NCBI RefSeq assembly: GCF_006345805.1
Contig: NC_043007.1
Coordinates: 28,024,001 to 28,088,000, forward strand
Origin: Octopus sinensis
Lineage: Eukaryota
Reading direction: 5' to 3'
Length of the DNA stretch: 64,000 bases
Positions 1-11,830 of the stretch are shown piece after piece; position 1 is the stretch's first letter, and the number at the start of each line of letters is the position of its first letter. The position numbers and the translations under genes are program-made. The notes beneath the pieces were generated by a model. That model did no database searches. It saw only the letters and a program-made list of their open reading frames with translations, and was not told the origin of the DNA.

Positions 1-195
1 TTTTCCAGTATCGATAGACGCTGATATCGAAAAAGTGTAAACAAGAAATAATAAAAATAAAGACAATGCTAAAAATTGAATATTTTTATAAGCTATAATA
101 TTTAAATTAAACATCAGTTATAAGGAGCAAATTCCACAAATACAACCTGAAAATCCGTGGTATAACCAATCAATAGTGTCGAGTTTATTGATAGA

Positions 196-250
196 GTGGG
201 ACTGAACCCGGAACCATGGGGCTGGTAAGCAAGCTACTTACCACACAGCC
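196..250 (-). mobile_element. SINE family A, 5' head fragment
   Basis: Reverse complement matches the head GGCTGTGTGGTAAG..CTTGCT..ACCA..CATGGTTCCGGGTTCAGTCCCAC of the full copy at 34108. Confidence 0.75.
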
Positions 251-882
251 ATGAGAATTTGTGTACAGCTGCAAATGTATTTGGGTTTGTATGTATGCAT
301 GTATAAACATACATGTATAAATGTATGATCTACGTATATTCGTGCGCCTGTGTGCATAGTTACACGCATATACTTTATTTCAGCTCACTCACATTAGCTT
401 TTTTTTAATGAAACCAGTCGCCGTGGGACTCTCCAGAGTAACATCCGACTGAGCCAGACGGAATAAAATCGTTAGACACCAATGTAGAGCTGCGTACATA
501 GCATATGTACACAGAGACACACTCTTATACACGCATAATTATATTTATGTTTTCTATCATAAGATATACATATATATTATATATACATACACATACATAC
601 ATAGATGCATTTATGCGTATATATATATATATAGATATATATGTATATATACTCTGTGCGTTTGTCATTCGTGTTATATAAATTGTATTACATAAGACGC
701 TACGGGGATGCATATAAAGTGACTTATTAAACGAATGGCAACAGGTGGATTTGTAGGAGTTAATATTAACTTGTTCACAGATAACAGCTCTCTTCAGCTC
801 GCAAATAACATATATATATACACATATATATATGTATGTATGTTTATATGTATATATATATAGATATATATATATAGAGAGA

Positions 883-1537
883 CTAGCAGTATCGCCCGGC
901 GTTGCTCGGGTTTGTAAGGGAAATAACTATATAAGCATTTTTAGAGAGTTATAGCCAAAAAATAGCAAAATATGCATTAAAAATGGAAAAAATATGATGG
1001 TAAATTTTTTTTTAAATCGTTGACTCATCGTAGACATTTTTAGAGAGTTACTTCCCTTATATAATAGCGAAAAAATGCATTAAAATGGAAAAAAAACGAT
1101 GGTAAATTGTTTTTTAAATCGTAGACTCATGTAGACGCTTTCTTAGCCATTTCTGTTTTGGTGTCTTCAAGCCATGAAGTCGTTGTTCTAAAAGAACACT
1201 GGTCTCCTTGACAACGCATTACGACGTTGATTTCCTTACACTCCCTTCCCCACAGGTGCAGATGTGAGCGTGGACGCCAACTCCGCCGCCATCGACACAC
1301 GAAAAATTATGCATTAAAATGGAATTATGCATTAAAATGGAATAAAAAATGATGTTAAATTATTTTTAAAATCGTAGACTCATCGTAGACGCGCGCTAAT
1401 ATTCAGACGGGCTCGATATGAATCACGACTATAAGCTACCCGAATTTGGTTAAACTGTACCGCAAAATGTGGGAGTAGTTAGGAATCTAAATAGAAGGAG
1501 ACAGACACTCACACAACTACAGTTTTATATATATAGA
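883..1537 (-). mobile_element. Non-autonomous Helitron, complete
   Basis: Minus strand begins A|TCTATATATATAAAA and ends with hairpin CCCGAGCAACGCCGGG, 8 nt, then CTAG|T: canonical TC...CTRR termini at an A-T target. It contains three internal ~60-bp repeats. Confidence 0.85.
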
Positions 1538-1552
1538 TATACATAGCGCAGT

Positions 1553-1965
1553 AGTGGTGAGATATGACAGCAAAGAAAAGCATACATTCACTCTCTGCAT
1601 GCAATTAGACTCGGAAAGTTCGTGAGGAACCCATTGACCCAATTTGCTGACTTTTCCGATAGCACACAGGTGTCAATGAATGGTTGAATGACCAAATCCA
1701 AGCTTCTCTGCTAGTTCCTCAACAGTTACGATGATATTTTGTTCCACCAGGGTTTTCAGGATGTCCTTGTCGAGTTCTACAGATCTTCAGGATGAGGCTC
1801 GTCTTCTAGGCTGTAGTTTATGGCTCGGGATTTCTGGAACCACCATTGACACTGCCTTACGCTTATTGTCCAATCCCCATATACTGCATTAATATTTCTT
1901 GTACTTTGCACACATTTATATTCTGTTATTCTTTTATATGTTTCAGCCTTGAGGTTGTGGCCATG
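1553..1965 (-). mobile_element. mariner transposase remnant (N-terminal HTH region)
   Basis: Translation ...STRNINAVYGDWTISVRQCQWWFQK...SLEDEP...VTVEELAEKLGFGHSTIH*HLCAIGKVSKLGQWVPHELSE contains the WVPHEL mariner motif; stops and frameshifts present. Confidence 0.9.
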
Positions 1966-1971
1966 CTGGAT

Positions 1972-2290
1972 CATGTGTGTGTGTGTGTGTTGTGTGTGTG
2001 TGTGTGTCTATCTGTCTGTCTGTATGTATGTTATATGTATATGTATGTGTGTGAACAATAATATTTTCAACAGATGTGTTGCAAATGTATCTGATTGTTC
2101 TCAAGCTTCAATACTGTGTGTGTGTGTGTGTGTATGTGTGTGTGTATGTATGTATGTATATGTATGTATGTATGTATATGTATGTATGTGTGTATGTATG
2201 TGTGTGTGTATGTATGTGTGTGTATGTGTGTGTGTGTATGTATGTATGTATGTATGTATGTATGTATGTATGTATGTATGTATGAGTGTA
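1972..2290. repeat. (GT)n/(GTAT)n compound microsatellite
   Basis: Directly visible. Confidence 0.95.
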
Positions 2291-2459
2291 TGTTTACTTT
2301 ATTACTAATTACTCTCTTCCAAGAACATTTTCACTCACTCTTAGCTCTTAGCTTCCCATACATTTTACTCGTGTATCTATCAGCGTCATAGACAGAATAC
2401 TTTCACTTTAGTCTTCCTCAAATCACTCTGTCGCTATTTACTTTCATTTTATTCGTTGC

Positions 2460-2708
2460 CCACTGTGTGTGTGCGTTTGCGTGTGGTGTAAACCAGACTA
2501 AGAAAAGCATTTGACACACACACCAGAATGTGAGTTTTCTGTAATTTTGCTTAATTGGAGTTTAAATTTTAAAAACTGGACCTGGCATGACGCGATGCAT
2601 TGTTACTCTCAAAATGGCTAGGTAAATTGTAATTGAAGAAATCCTATATTGTAGATTTCTATAACTCCCAAAGGGAGGCAGATAAAATCTGCCTTTTATA
2701 ATAAGAGA
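2460..2708 (-). mobile_element. Probable Helitron 5' fragment
   Basis: Minus strand starts A|TCTCTTATATAAAAGGCAG, like the 5' end at 28174 (TCTCTCTCTATATAAACGGCAG); 7-bp hairpin at 2677-2693; no 3' CTAG end found. Confidence 0.5.
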
Positions 2709-2757
2709 TATAGATAGATAGATATAGATAGATAGATATAGATAGATAGATAGATAG

Positions 2758-2848
<91 letters not shown>

Positions 2849-2880
2849 TTAGATAGATAGATAGATAGATAGATAGATAT
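2709..2880. repeat. (GATA)n microsatellite
   Basis: Directly visible. Confidence 0.95.
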
Positions 2881-2898
2881 ATATGTATCGAAAAAATA

Positions 2899-3130
2899 AA
2901 TATTTCTTTACTACACACAAGGGGCTAAACACAGAGGAGACAAACAAGGACAGACAGACGGATTAAGTCGATTATATCGACCCCAGTGCGTAACTGGTAC
3001 TTAATTTATCGACCCTGAAAGGATGAAAGGCAAAGTCGACCTCGGCGGAATTTGAACTCAGAACGTAACGGCAGACGAAATACCGCTAAGCATTTCGCCC
3101 GGCGTGCTCGCGATTCTGCCAGTTCGCCAC
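2899..3130 (-). mobile_element. SINE family B, near full length
   Basis: Head GGCGAACTGGCAGAATCG...B-box-like GAGTTCAAATTCC, core GTCGACTTTGCCTTTCATCC..GGTCGATAAATTAAGTACCAG and tail ...CCCCTTGTG..TAGTAAAGAAATA; many other copies in the window. Confidence 0.9.
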
Positions 3131-3267
3131 CTTCTATATAAATACAGTGTACATTTAAGCACATAAGAGGCATCCATCATAGAGAGAACAGTTAATTCCA
3201 AACCACTATTAGGGGTAAAATTTCGAAGGGAATCAATAATAAAACATTCATCATCTAGAAAATAATA

Positions 3268-3405
3268 ATCGCAGACCCTCAGCTTACTCAAGAAACTATG
3301 AGGCATGCTGTTTTTGTGGTTATAAAGGCTGAGCATAGCGATTTAGAAATATCTCGATTTTTAAAAGTTTCCAGATCTTTCGTCTACAAAGTTTCTAAGG
3401 AGCTT
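3268..3405 (+). mobile_element. Tc1-like transposase N-terminal HTH fragment
   Basis: Translation LTQETMRHAVFVVIKAEHSDLEISRFLKVSRSFVYKVSKEL fits the paired-like HTH pattern EIA.FL.V.RS.VYKV. Confidence 0.6.
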
Positions 3406-3719
3406 GTGAGTTGATTTGGTAGACGGTAACTGAAAGAAGTCCGTCGCACACATGTATGTATGTACATATGTGTGTATGTGTGTGTTTGTATGCATGTATG
3501 TATTTATGTATTATATTTGTGTATTATTTGGTAATGCCTCAACAAGTAGAATAGTACTCGATCAGCTAAGAGAGTAAAGATAATCTCAGGGAACTCACAA
3601 ATCTTGTTAATACAGCCACCCGCATTTCAGGAAATACATCTTGTCGAAATTTAAAGGACATTTGGTTTACGTCTTCTTCACATCGAGTTATTGTAACGTT
3701 GGTTGCTCATTATTGCAAG

Positions 3720-3830
3720 GTGGCCTAGAGCAACGTGAAAGGAAGTGTTTTGCTCAAGGTCACAACGCACCATCCGACCCAGAAATCGAAACTACACACG
3801 TGCAATCGTGAGTGCCCGCGCCCTTACAAT
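3720..3830 (-). mobile_element. SINE family D head fragment, diverged
   Basis: Reverse complement contains GTGACCTTGAGCAAAACACTTCC..TCACGTTGCTCTAG, matching the 40700 copy. Confidence 0.55.
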
Positions 3831-4029
3831 ACTCTTGAAAACAATTTTTTGTTCTGCTTTTGTTACTGCAAATATACGAAATTTTACATCTTTTGTTTGA
3901 GTAAACATATATATTTATTTTACTTTTGGTATTTCAAGATGTCTCCTATGACTTATTTTTGAGTGTTATATTTAACCGTTTCCGATAAACAAGGAGTTTA
4001 GTGTCATAGATGACGGAAAAGAAGGAGAA

Positions 4030-4037
4030 TAAAAGGA

Positions 4038-4101
<64 letters not shown>

Positions 4102-4528
4102 ACGAAAAAAGAAAGAAAGGCAGACAGGAAGAAAAACAATGGTGCGATAGGCGACCAAGAAGATGCAAAAATAAATTAGGAAACACAAAGGAAACATTAA
4201 GAAAGACGAAACAGAAAGCTGAAAGACAAACGGAAAAGGGGCAGAAGGAAAGAAAAAAAGAAAGAAAGAAAGAAGAAAGAAAGGAAGAAAGAACGAAGGA
4301 AAGAAAGAAAGAGTTTAAGCTGCTGTTTATCCAATCAGAAACAACATGGGCGACACATTTAAGATAAGTTGTTGCACAACACCATAGATGATAGAATTAA
4401 GTAGTACGTTGGCTTGCCTAAGACACTAAGACACACCTTAGAGGTAAATGGTGGGGTGTGTTGACGGTGGTGGCGACGGTGGAGGTATGTGGTGTTAGTG
4501 GATGTCAAGACAAAATGATGGAAGAAGG

Positions 4529-4582
<54 letters not shown>

Positions 4583-4749
4583 GTGTATGTATGTATGTAT
4601 GTAGGTATGTATGTGTGTATGTGTGTGTATGTATGTATGTGTATGTATGTATGTATGTATGTATGTATGTGTGTATGTATGTATGTATGTATATGTATGT
4701 GTATGTATGTATGTATGTATGTGTGTATGTATGTATGTATGTATGTATA

Positions 4750-4791
<42 letters not shown>

Positions 4792-5111
4792 CCCATCCCT
4801 TCTAACCATTACGAATCACCACTTTAAATGATAATATTTCTTTTCATCTATTCTTATCAAACTAGGATTTTATATAAACAATATCGTGTCATTTTATCGT
4901 AAAAACCTGCTGCTACCGTTGCTGCTGCTGCTGTTTCCGATGTCATTCTTGTTGTTGTTGTTGTTGTTGTTGTTGTTCTTCTTCTTCTTCTTCCATTCCT
5001 CCTTCTTCTTCATCTTCTCCTTCTTTTTCTTCTTCCTCTTTCTCCTCACTTTCTTCTTTAACATTCTCTTCTCCTTCCGTTTTCGCTTCTTCTCCTCATC
5101 CTCCTCCTTCC

Positions 5112-5142
<31 letters not shown>

Positions 5143-5390
5143 CTTCTTCTTCTTCTTCTTCTTCTACTACTACTACTACTACTACTACTTCTCTTCCACT
5201 TCCTCCACCACTTCCACCTCTTGTTCTTCTTTTCTTCTTCTTCTCCTCATCCTCCTTCCACTTCTTCTTTTTCTTCTTCTTCTTCTTCTTCTTCTTCTTC
5301 TTCTTCTTCTTTTTCTTCTTCTTCTACTACTTCTTGTCTTCCACTTCCTCCACGTCTTCCATTTCTTTTCTTCCTCTTCATCTTTTGTTA
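4030..5390. repeat. Simple-repeat cluster: (GAAA)n, (TA)n/(TATG)n/(AG)n, (GTT)n/(CTT)n/(ACT)n
   Basis: Blocks at about 4030-4310, 4530-4785 and 4950-5390. Confidence 0.9.
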
Positions 5391-6500
5391 TTCCTCTATA
5401 AAATTCCCCTTGTTTGGGTCTTTCTTCTGCAACATCACTGCACCACTGATGTGGTTGGGTTTTGTTTGCTGCTTTGTTGTTGCTCTTGACGTGGTTCCAT
5501 TTTCTGTATATTTCTTGCATCATTTGTTGTTTTGGTGGTAAATGGTAGCAAAGGTTGTCTTCTATTTGTTTTGTGTTTTGATTGTAATTGTTCTCCTTGT
5601 TTTTTATGTGCTAAAACGAACTTTGCTATTAAGTGGTCTGAGCTGCCGCAGAGATAGCCACGCGGTTTTTTCCCCTCCGCCACCACATACAGGCTTTGTC
5701 CATTCTCGAGTTGGATCACATTCGGCAATTTGTCGATCCATTTGGATCATGATTTCCATCAAGTTGCCGGGCCAGTTTTCATTGTGAAAAACGGCGATTT
5801 CTAATATGTTTATTGTTTTCAAATGAAAACATATCGCCGATATGGTCCACTTTGGTTGAATTTCGGGTGGGACATTCTTTATTTTGATTTTGCTTACTTT
5901 CTGTCCCATGTAGTATGGGACCATGACGAGTTTGTCATTCTGTATTGTTTGTTTATAGTGCTGTTTTGCCTCTTTCTGATTATGAAAGCGGACCTGCACC
6001 GTATTAAGTTGGGGACCCCAGTTTATGTATTATTTTGTTTTCATTATTGTTTTGGCACATTTTTCCACGTCTGTTTTTGTTATCTCTTCAGCTGTTTTGG
6101 GGTTTTTCCTAATAATTTTATATAGATTTGTTCTCTTTTCTACATCTTCTGTAACGTGTTGTGGTGTGTGCAGTATCAGGTTTTGTCCAGATGTTGTGAA
6201 AAGTGACCGGGTTTCCAGTAACACTTCATTTGTGAAATGCACAATTTCTTTCTTTTCTTTTTTTTTTTTTGAACGTGTCTGCGAAATTAATAAAAGTTTC
6301 CTTTTGACTGTTATTGTCGTTGTGGGTGTCGGTGGTTGCCGCAGCAAAATTAGTGGTAGTTGATGGTGTAGTGGTGGTGGTAATGTACGTGTCGGCATTT
6401 CCAAGAACAGTGAATGTTGTCTTCTTAATATTATTATCTTCACCAGTAATAGGTGAGATATCCAAATCCTGCGAAATAGCAAGCGTATTTATAGCAATAT
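5385..6500 (-). mobile_element. Decayed LINE ORF1-like (RRM-like region plus CCHC knuckle), no ORF2
   Basis: Frameshifted pieces join as MDISPIT...FADTFKKK / EVLLETRSLF...YINWGPQLNT.QVRFHN...PYYMGQKVSKIKIKNVPPEI / PNVIQLENGQSLYVVAEGKKPRGYLCGSSDHLIAKF (degenerate CX2CX4HX4C), followed directly by a (GAA)n tract. Confidence 0.65.
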
Positions 6501-6640
6501 CATTGATGTTGTTGTTCTTATTCTTCTTGTCATTGTTGTTGTTATTATTATTGTTCTTGTGGTTGTTGCTGTTAATGGTTGTCGTTGCAGTGAAGGTGGT
6601 AGATGTGGTAGTTTTGGAGAGGTGGTGGTAGCGATGCCAG

Positions 6641-6951
6641 GGCGGCGAGCTGGCAGAATCGTTAGCACGCCGGAAAAATGCTTAGCGGTATTTCGTCTGC
6701 TGCTACGTTCTGAGTTCAAATTCCGCCGAGGTCGACTTTGCCTTTCATCCTTCCGGAGTCGATTAAATAGGTACCAGTTACACACTGGGGTCGATATAAT
6801 CGATTTAATCCGTTTGTCTGTCCTTGTTTGTCCTCTCTGTGTTTATCCCCTTGTGGGTAGTAAAGAAATAGGTATAATGGACTTAATCCGTTTGTCTGTC
6901 CTTGTTTGTCCTCTCTGTGTTTAGCCCCTTGGGGGTAGTAAAGAAATAGGT
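6641..6951 (+). mobile_element. SINE family B with duplicated 3' tail
   Basis: Full head and core; tail TTAATCCGTTTGTCTGTCCTTG...AAAGAAATAGGTA present twice. Confidence 0.9.
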
Positions 6952-7489
6952 AGTGATGACAGGTCTATCAAGTGTTTATGGAAGTATTATCTTTAGTATT
7001 GACAGTAATTTCTTATTCAAAGCTTGTTTTCGAGTGTAAGCAATCGAACGATTCGTCTTTTCTTCTTCTCTCCATCATTCCTACGCTGGGAAAGTCTTCG
7101 TCGACGAATACTGTCGACCACTGCTCTACAATCAAATTTCTCTACATTTTTAATATCGAGGAATACAGTTTGATATTGAAAAGGTAATGAAACTGCACTT
7201 AGGAGCCAATTCCACCTTTAAAAATACCCAAACGAAAGTTGGGCGCTTCACAAACTTCGATAGCAAAAAATGTAAACAAAACGTCAGGCAGACGATACGA
7301 CCACGTCAGACGATATGCTTTGCCGACATATGTAAAAAATCGAGAAAGAAAATCTTTTTCAACCTCGGAAAACACACCCAGACGAAAACTGGGTGCCTTG
7401 CACACCTCGTGTGCGCAAATTTGATACAAAACTTTTCCAATAAACAGTAAAAAAAAAGGCGATTAACATACGAGCCGATCCAACAACAC

Positions 7490-7494
7490 GATAA

Positions 7495-7583
<89 letters not shown>

Positions 7584-7688
7584 CAGATAGACAGATATAC
7601 AGATAGATAGACATACAGATAGACAGACAGGCAGGCAGACAGACTGAGAGACAGGTAGGCAGACAGACGGAGAGATAGATAGATAAAC

Positions 7689-7728
<40 letters not shown>

Positions 7729-7729
7729 G

Positions 7730-7797
<68 letters not shown>

Positions 7798-7888
7798 TAC
7801 AGATAGATAGACATACAGATAGACAGACAGGCAGGCAGACAGACTGAGAGACAGGTAGGCAGACAGACGGAGAGATAGATAGATAAAC

Positions 7889-7979
<91 letters not shown>

Positions 7980-7980
7980 G
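7490..7980. repeat. (GATA)n/(GACA)n array with 200-bp internal duplication
   Basis: Interrupted motif GATATACAG...GGCAGGCAG...GACGGAGAG recurs at 7594 and 7794. Confidence 0.9.
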
Positions 7981-8290
7981 AAAGAGTGAGAGAGAGACAG
8001 ATACAGACTGAGACAGACAGATGCTTATGAGTAAGGTAGGTTATTTTGAATCAGCCCCATTTATTTTTGCTTCTCTTTCCCTTTACCTTTCCTTTTCTCT
8101 CATTCTTTTAATCAGAATTCCCTATCTGTTATATAAACCCCTTTTAACCTTCCCACCCCGCACCACTTATGCCTGTCTTCTATTTTAACCCCATAACTAC
8201 ACCTATTTTTCTGTATCCCTCTCGTCCTTTCACCATCTCTCTCTTTTTTCCCTCTCCCTCTCAGACTCACGCATGTACACACACATTTAT

Positions 8291-8329
<39 letters not shown>

Positions 8330-8693
8330 CAAGCACACACACACACACATATATATATATACTGGCATTCACACATACACGCAGACATATACACATACTC
8401 TTACTCTTTTACATATATATAGACAATCAGACGCACATACACACATACATAAAGTTTTGCGCGCACGCACGTAACACACGCAAACAGACACACACACATA
8501 CATCGTTTCTAGGAGACATAAATATAGACAGTCACACACACAAACACACATGCCCAACCCAGACACAACATGCAAAAAACACCTACTTAAGACATTCACA
8601 CACACAAGCATAAGACATAGCTACGAAACTTATACTTAATTCGCGGTATCTATAATACAAACACACATACATAGGCACACGCATTTTCATACA

Positions 8694-8731
<38 letters not shown>

Positions 8732-8879
8732 GCGCTCGTTTCGCTTGAGGAAATGCATCATGGGTAGTTTGTTAGCCCAAGATGTGCCACGTTTGTAGGC
8801 TGAGTCTAATTACTCTTGTGTCAAAGAAAAATAAGAATATGCCTCGAGGCTAGGATACACACATTTATATACACTCACA

Positions 8880-8951
8880 AACTACCTATGTACATATACA
8901 TATATATATGTATATGTATATATATATGTATATATACATATATATTATATG

Positions 8952-8983
<32 letters not shown>

Positions 8984-9018
8984 TGTGTATATACACATAT
9001 ATATATATATATATACAT

Positions 9019-9064
<46 letters not shown>

Positions 9065-9173
9065 CAATATATATAATATATTATACATATACATATACAT
9101 GAAATTAACCGTCTTCCTCTTGACGTAAATACACACAAACTAGCCATATATATATACATATATACATATACAT

Positions 9174-9229
<56 letters not shown>

Positions 9230-9288
9230 CATATATATATATATATGTACTATATATATACATATTATATATATATATATATATATAT

Positions 9289-9339
<51 letters not shown>

Positions 9340-9487
9340 GATATATATATGCATATATATATATATATACATAGATATATATATATATATATATTATATA
9401 TACATACATATATATATATAATATATATATGTATATATATATATATATATATATTATATTATATATGCCATATATATATATATATAC

Positions 9488-9552
<65 letters not shown>
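8880..9552. repeat. (TA)n-rich tract containing a 42-bp unique island
   Basis: Directly visible; island at 9103-9144. Confidence 0.9.
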
Positions 9553-9596
9553 GCGCTAGTTTGTGTGTGTTTACGTCAAGGGGAAGACGGTTAATT
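9103..9596. repeat. 42-bp inverted repeat around a (TA)n spacer
   Basis: 9103-9144 is the reverse complement of 9555-9596 with 2 mismatches. Confidence 0.9.
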
Positions 9597-9627
9597 CACT
9601 CTCGTGCGCAGCGGACTGTAGCACATG

Positions 9628-9780
9628 ATTGGCCGTTGGCCACGAAATACATTTAAAAGACAGAGATATTTGAGCGCCTAAGTGCAAACGATTAGCTATA
9701 AAAGTCGTCTCCGTTAATCTGTAGCTGACTCGTTAGAAAAGCAACCTGCCACATTTTCAACGTAAAATCCGCCATCTTTC
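9628..9780 (+). promoter_or_regulatory. Candidate Pol II promoter (inverted CCAAT, TATA, YY1-like)
   Basis: ATTGG 9628-9632, TATAAAA 9697-9703 and CCGCCATCTT 9769-9778 in canonical order, inside a non-repetitive island. Confidence 0.3.
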
Positions 9781-10099
9781 CCTCAACCTGTTCCGATAAA
9801 TGATGATAACACTGTTCTTTAACGATCAGCATTTTCTTGGCCGCATTTGTTTGCTCATTACCGTAGAAGATTGGAAATGGCCGACATAACTCTTGTCTTG
9901 TGCGTCTTAAACATACGCCGTAACTAAATTGTGTGCGTGAGTCTGTGTATATGTGTGTGTATATGTGTGTGTATATGTGTGTGTGTGTGCGTGTATGTTT
10001 GTGTTTGTGACTGTGTCTGTTGTGTTTATACGATCGTATGTGCAGAGATACGTATATACACACAATTACGTATACAGTTATGTGCATTTATATATACAC

Positions 10100-10560
10100 A
10101 CATGCACATATGCGAAAATGTGTATATATATATATACATATATATGTATATATATATATATATATATATACATATATATATTTACACACATATGTATGTA
10201 TATATGTACATACATGCATATATATATCAGATGCGTATATATATATATATGTATGTATGTATATATATATTCATATATATATATGTATGCATATATACAC
10301 ATATATATGTATATATATATATATATGTCTGTGTGTGTGTGTGTGTATATACACATATATATACATATATATATATATACATATATCCACATACACACAC
10401 ACACATGCACGTGTTCGTGTAGCCAACTAGCCAGTCAGCTACTATGCATGCATTCATACATAGATGCATACACATACATTCATGCTTACATGCATATATA
10501 CATGTATGCATATATATGTATGTATATATATATGTATATATACGTTATATATATATATAT

Positions 10561-10611
<51 letters not shown>

Positions 10612-10700
10612 TACAATATTACATATATATATATATATATATTCATACATACGTGCATATATATGTATATATATATAGAGAGAGAGGGGGGAGATATTTA
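10100..10700. repeat. (TA)n/(TATG)n degenerate microsatellite
   Basis: Directly visible. Confidence 0.9.
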
Positions 10701-11264
10701 TATATATACATACAGGCGTAGGTACATCTATAATTAATGCATTTTGTGGGGTTTTAGTTGTGTGTCATGCTCTCGACTCATCTATCCTGCGTTTATATTC
10801 TTCCGTGAGTTTGTGTGTCTGTGCGTATGCATGCGTATGTGTGTATATAATTGTGTATGTGTATGTATTGTATGCATGTGTCTATGTTTGTGTGTTTGTA
10901 TGTGTGTGTGTGTATGTTTGTATATGAAACAAGGTATGTGAGTAGGCGTTAGAGTAGAGTGTATGTGTTCGTACGGGCGTGTATGTGTACGTGTGTTGGC
11001 AGGTGTATGCGACCGTGATTTAATTCACCTGTGTGTATTGTAATGTAGTAGCAATGAAGTAATGTAGTGAAGAAGAAGGGGGGAAAGGAGGAGGAAGAGA
11101 AGAGAAAGAGAAGAAGAAGAAGAAGAAGAAGAAGAAGAAGAAGAAGAAGAAGAAGAAGAAGAGAAGAAGAAGAGAAAGAAAAGAAGAAGAATTAGAAGAA
11201 GAAGAAGAAGAAGACGAAGAAGAAATTCAATGGAGGGAAAGAAAAAGATAATCTTTTACTGCTT

Positions 11265-11392
11265 TTTATTTTATCGACCGCGAAAGGAATAAAGGCAAAG
11301 TCGACTTCGGCGGAATTCGAACTTAGAACGTAGCGACGAGTAATATACAGCTAAACGTTTTGTCCAGCGTGCTAACGATTCTGCCAGTTCAC
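11265..11392 (-). mobile_element. SINE family B, partial
   Basis: Core TTTATCGACC..GAAAGGA..AAAGGCAAAGTCGAC plus head. Confidence 0.8.
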
Positions 11393-11423
11393 TTTCTTAG
11401 TAATATTAATAATAATAAACTAC

Positions 11424-11733
11424 TATAAAGTAACCACCATAGGACTACAAAAATACCTACTTCAGAAGTAAGGGAAACTGTTACAAATAGCGGCAAAACA
11501 CGAGCAAAACAAAAAAGCGTTGGTAAGAAAAGCCCCTTCAAGGCAAATACTGGACTAAACAAATGCAAAAGAAATAGACAAAGAAAAATCCCAGCAATGG
11601 CTGAGAAGCTCAGGATTCAAAGCAGGGACAAGGGGATTTTTAATTGCAGCACAAGACCAAAGCCTCCCCACCAGAAATTACCAAAAGCATATAATGAAAG
11701 AAAATATAACAAGTAACTGCAGAATATGTGGAA
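11424..11733 (+). mobile_element. R4/Dong-like LINE ORF C-terminal remnant
   Basis: Translation ...QWLRSSGFKAGTRGFLIAAQDQSLPTRNYQKHIMKENITSNCRICG matches the IAAQDQ.L.TR...CR.C pattern preceding the CCHC finger of RLE-type LINEs. Confidence 0.8.
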
Positions 11734-11830
11734 ATAAAGTGTCTTGCTCAAGAACACACGCGCCGCCGAGACTCGAATTCACGACTTTACGATCGTCAGC
11801 CTAATGTCTTCACAACTAAGCCACGTATCT
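11727..11830 (-). mobile_element. SINE family D head
   Basis: Reverse complement: GTGGCTTAGTTGTG...GTCGTGAATTCGAGTCTCGG...TTCTTGAGCAAGACACTTTATTTC (A/B boxes and CORE-like box). Confidence 0.7.

Noticed and set aside
8730-8770. ATGATGC...GCGAAAC hammerhead-like string
   Set aside because: The core has two defects and no stems.
9692-9775. Minus-strand AAGATGGCGG start (MADFTLKMWQ)
   Set aside because: The donor is weak and the ORF ends after 27 codons; it is better read as a YY1-like motif.
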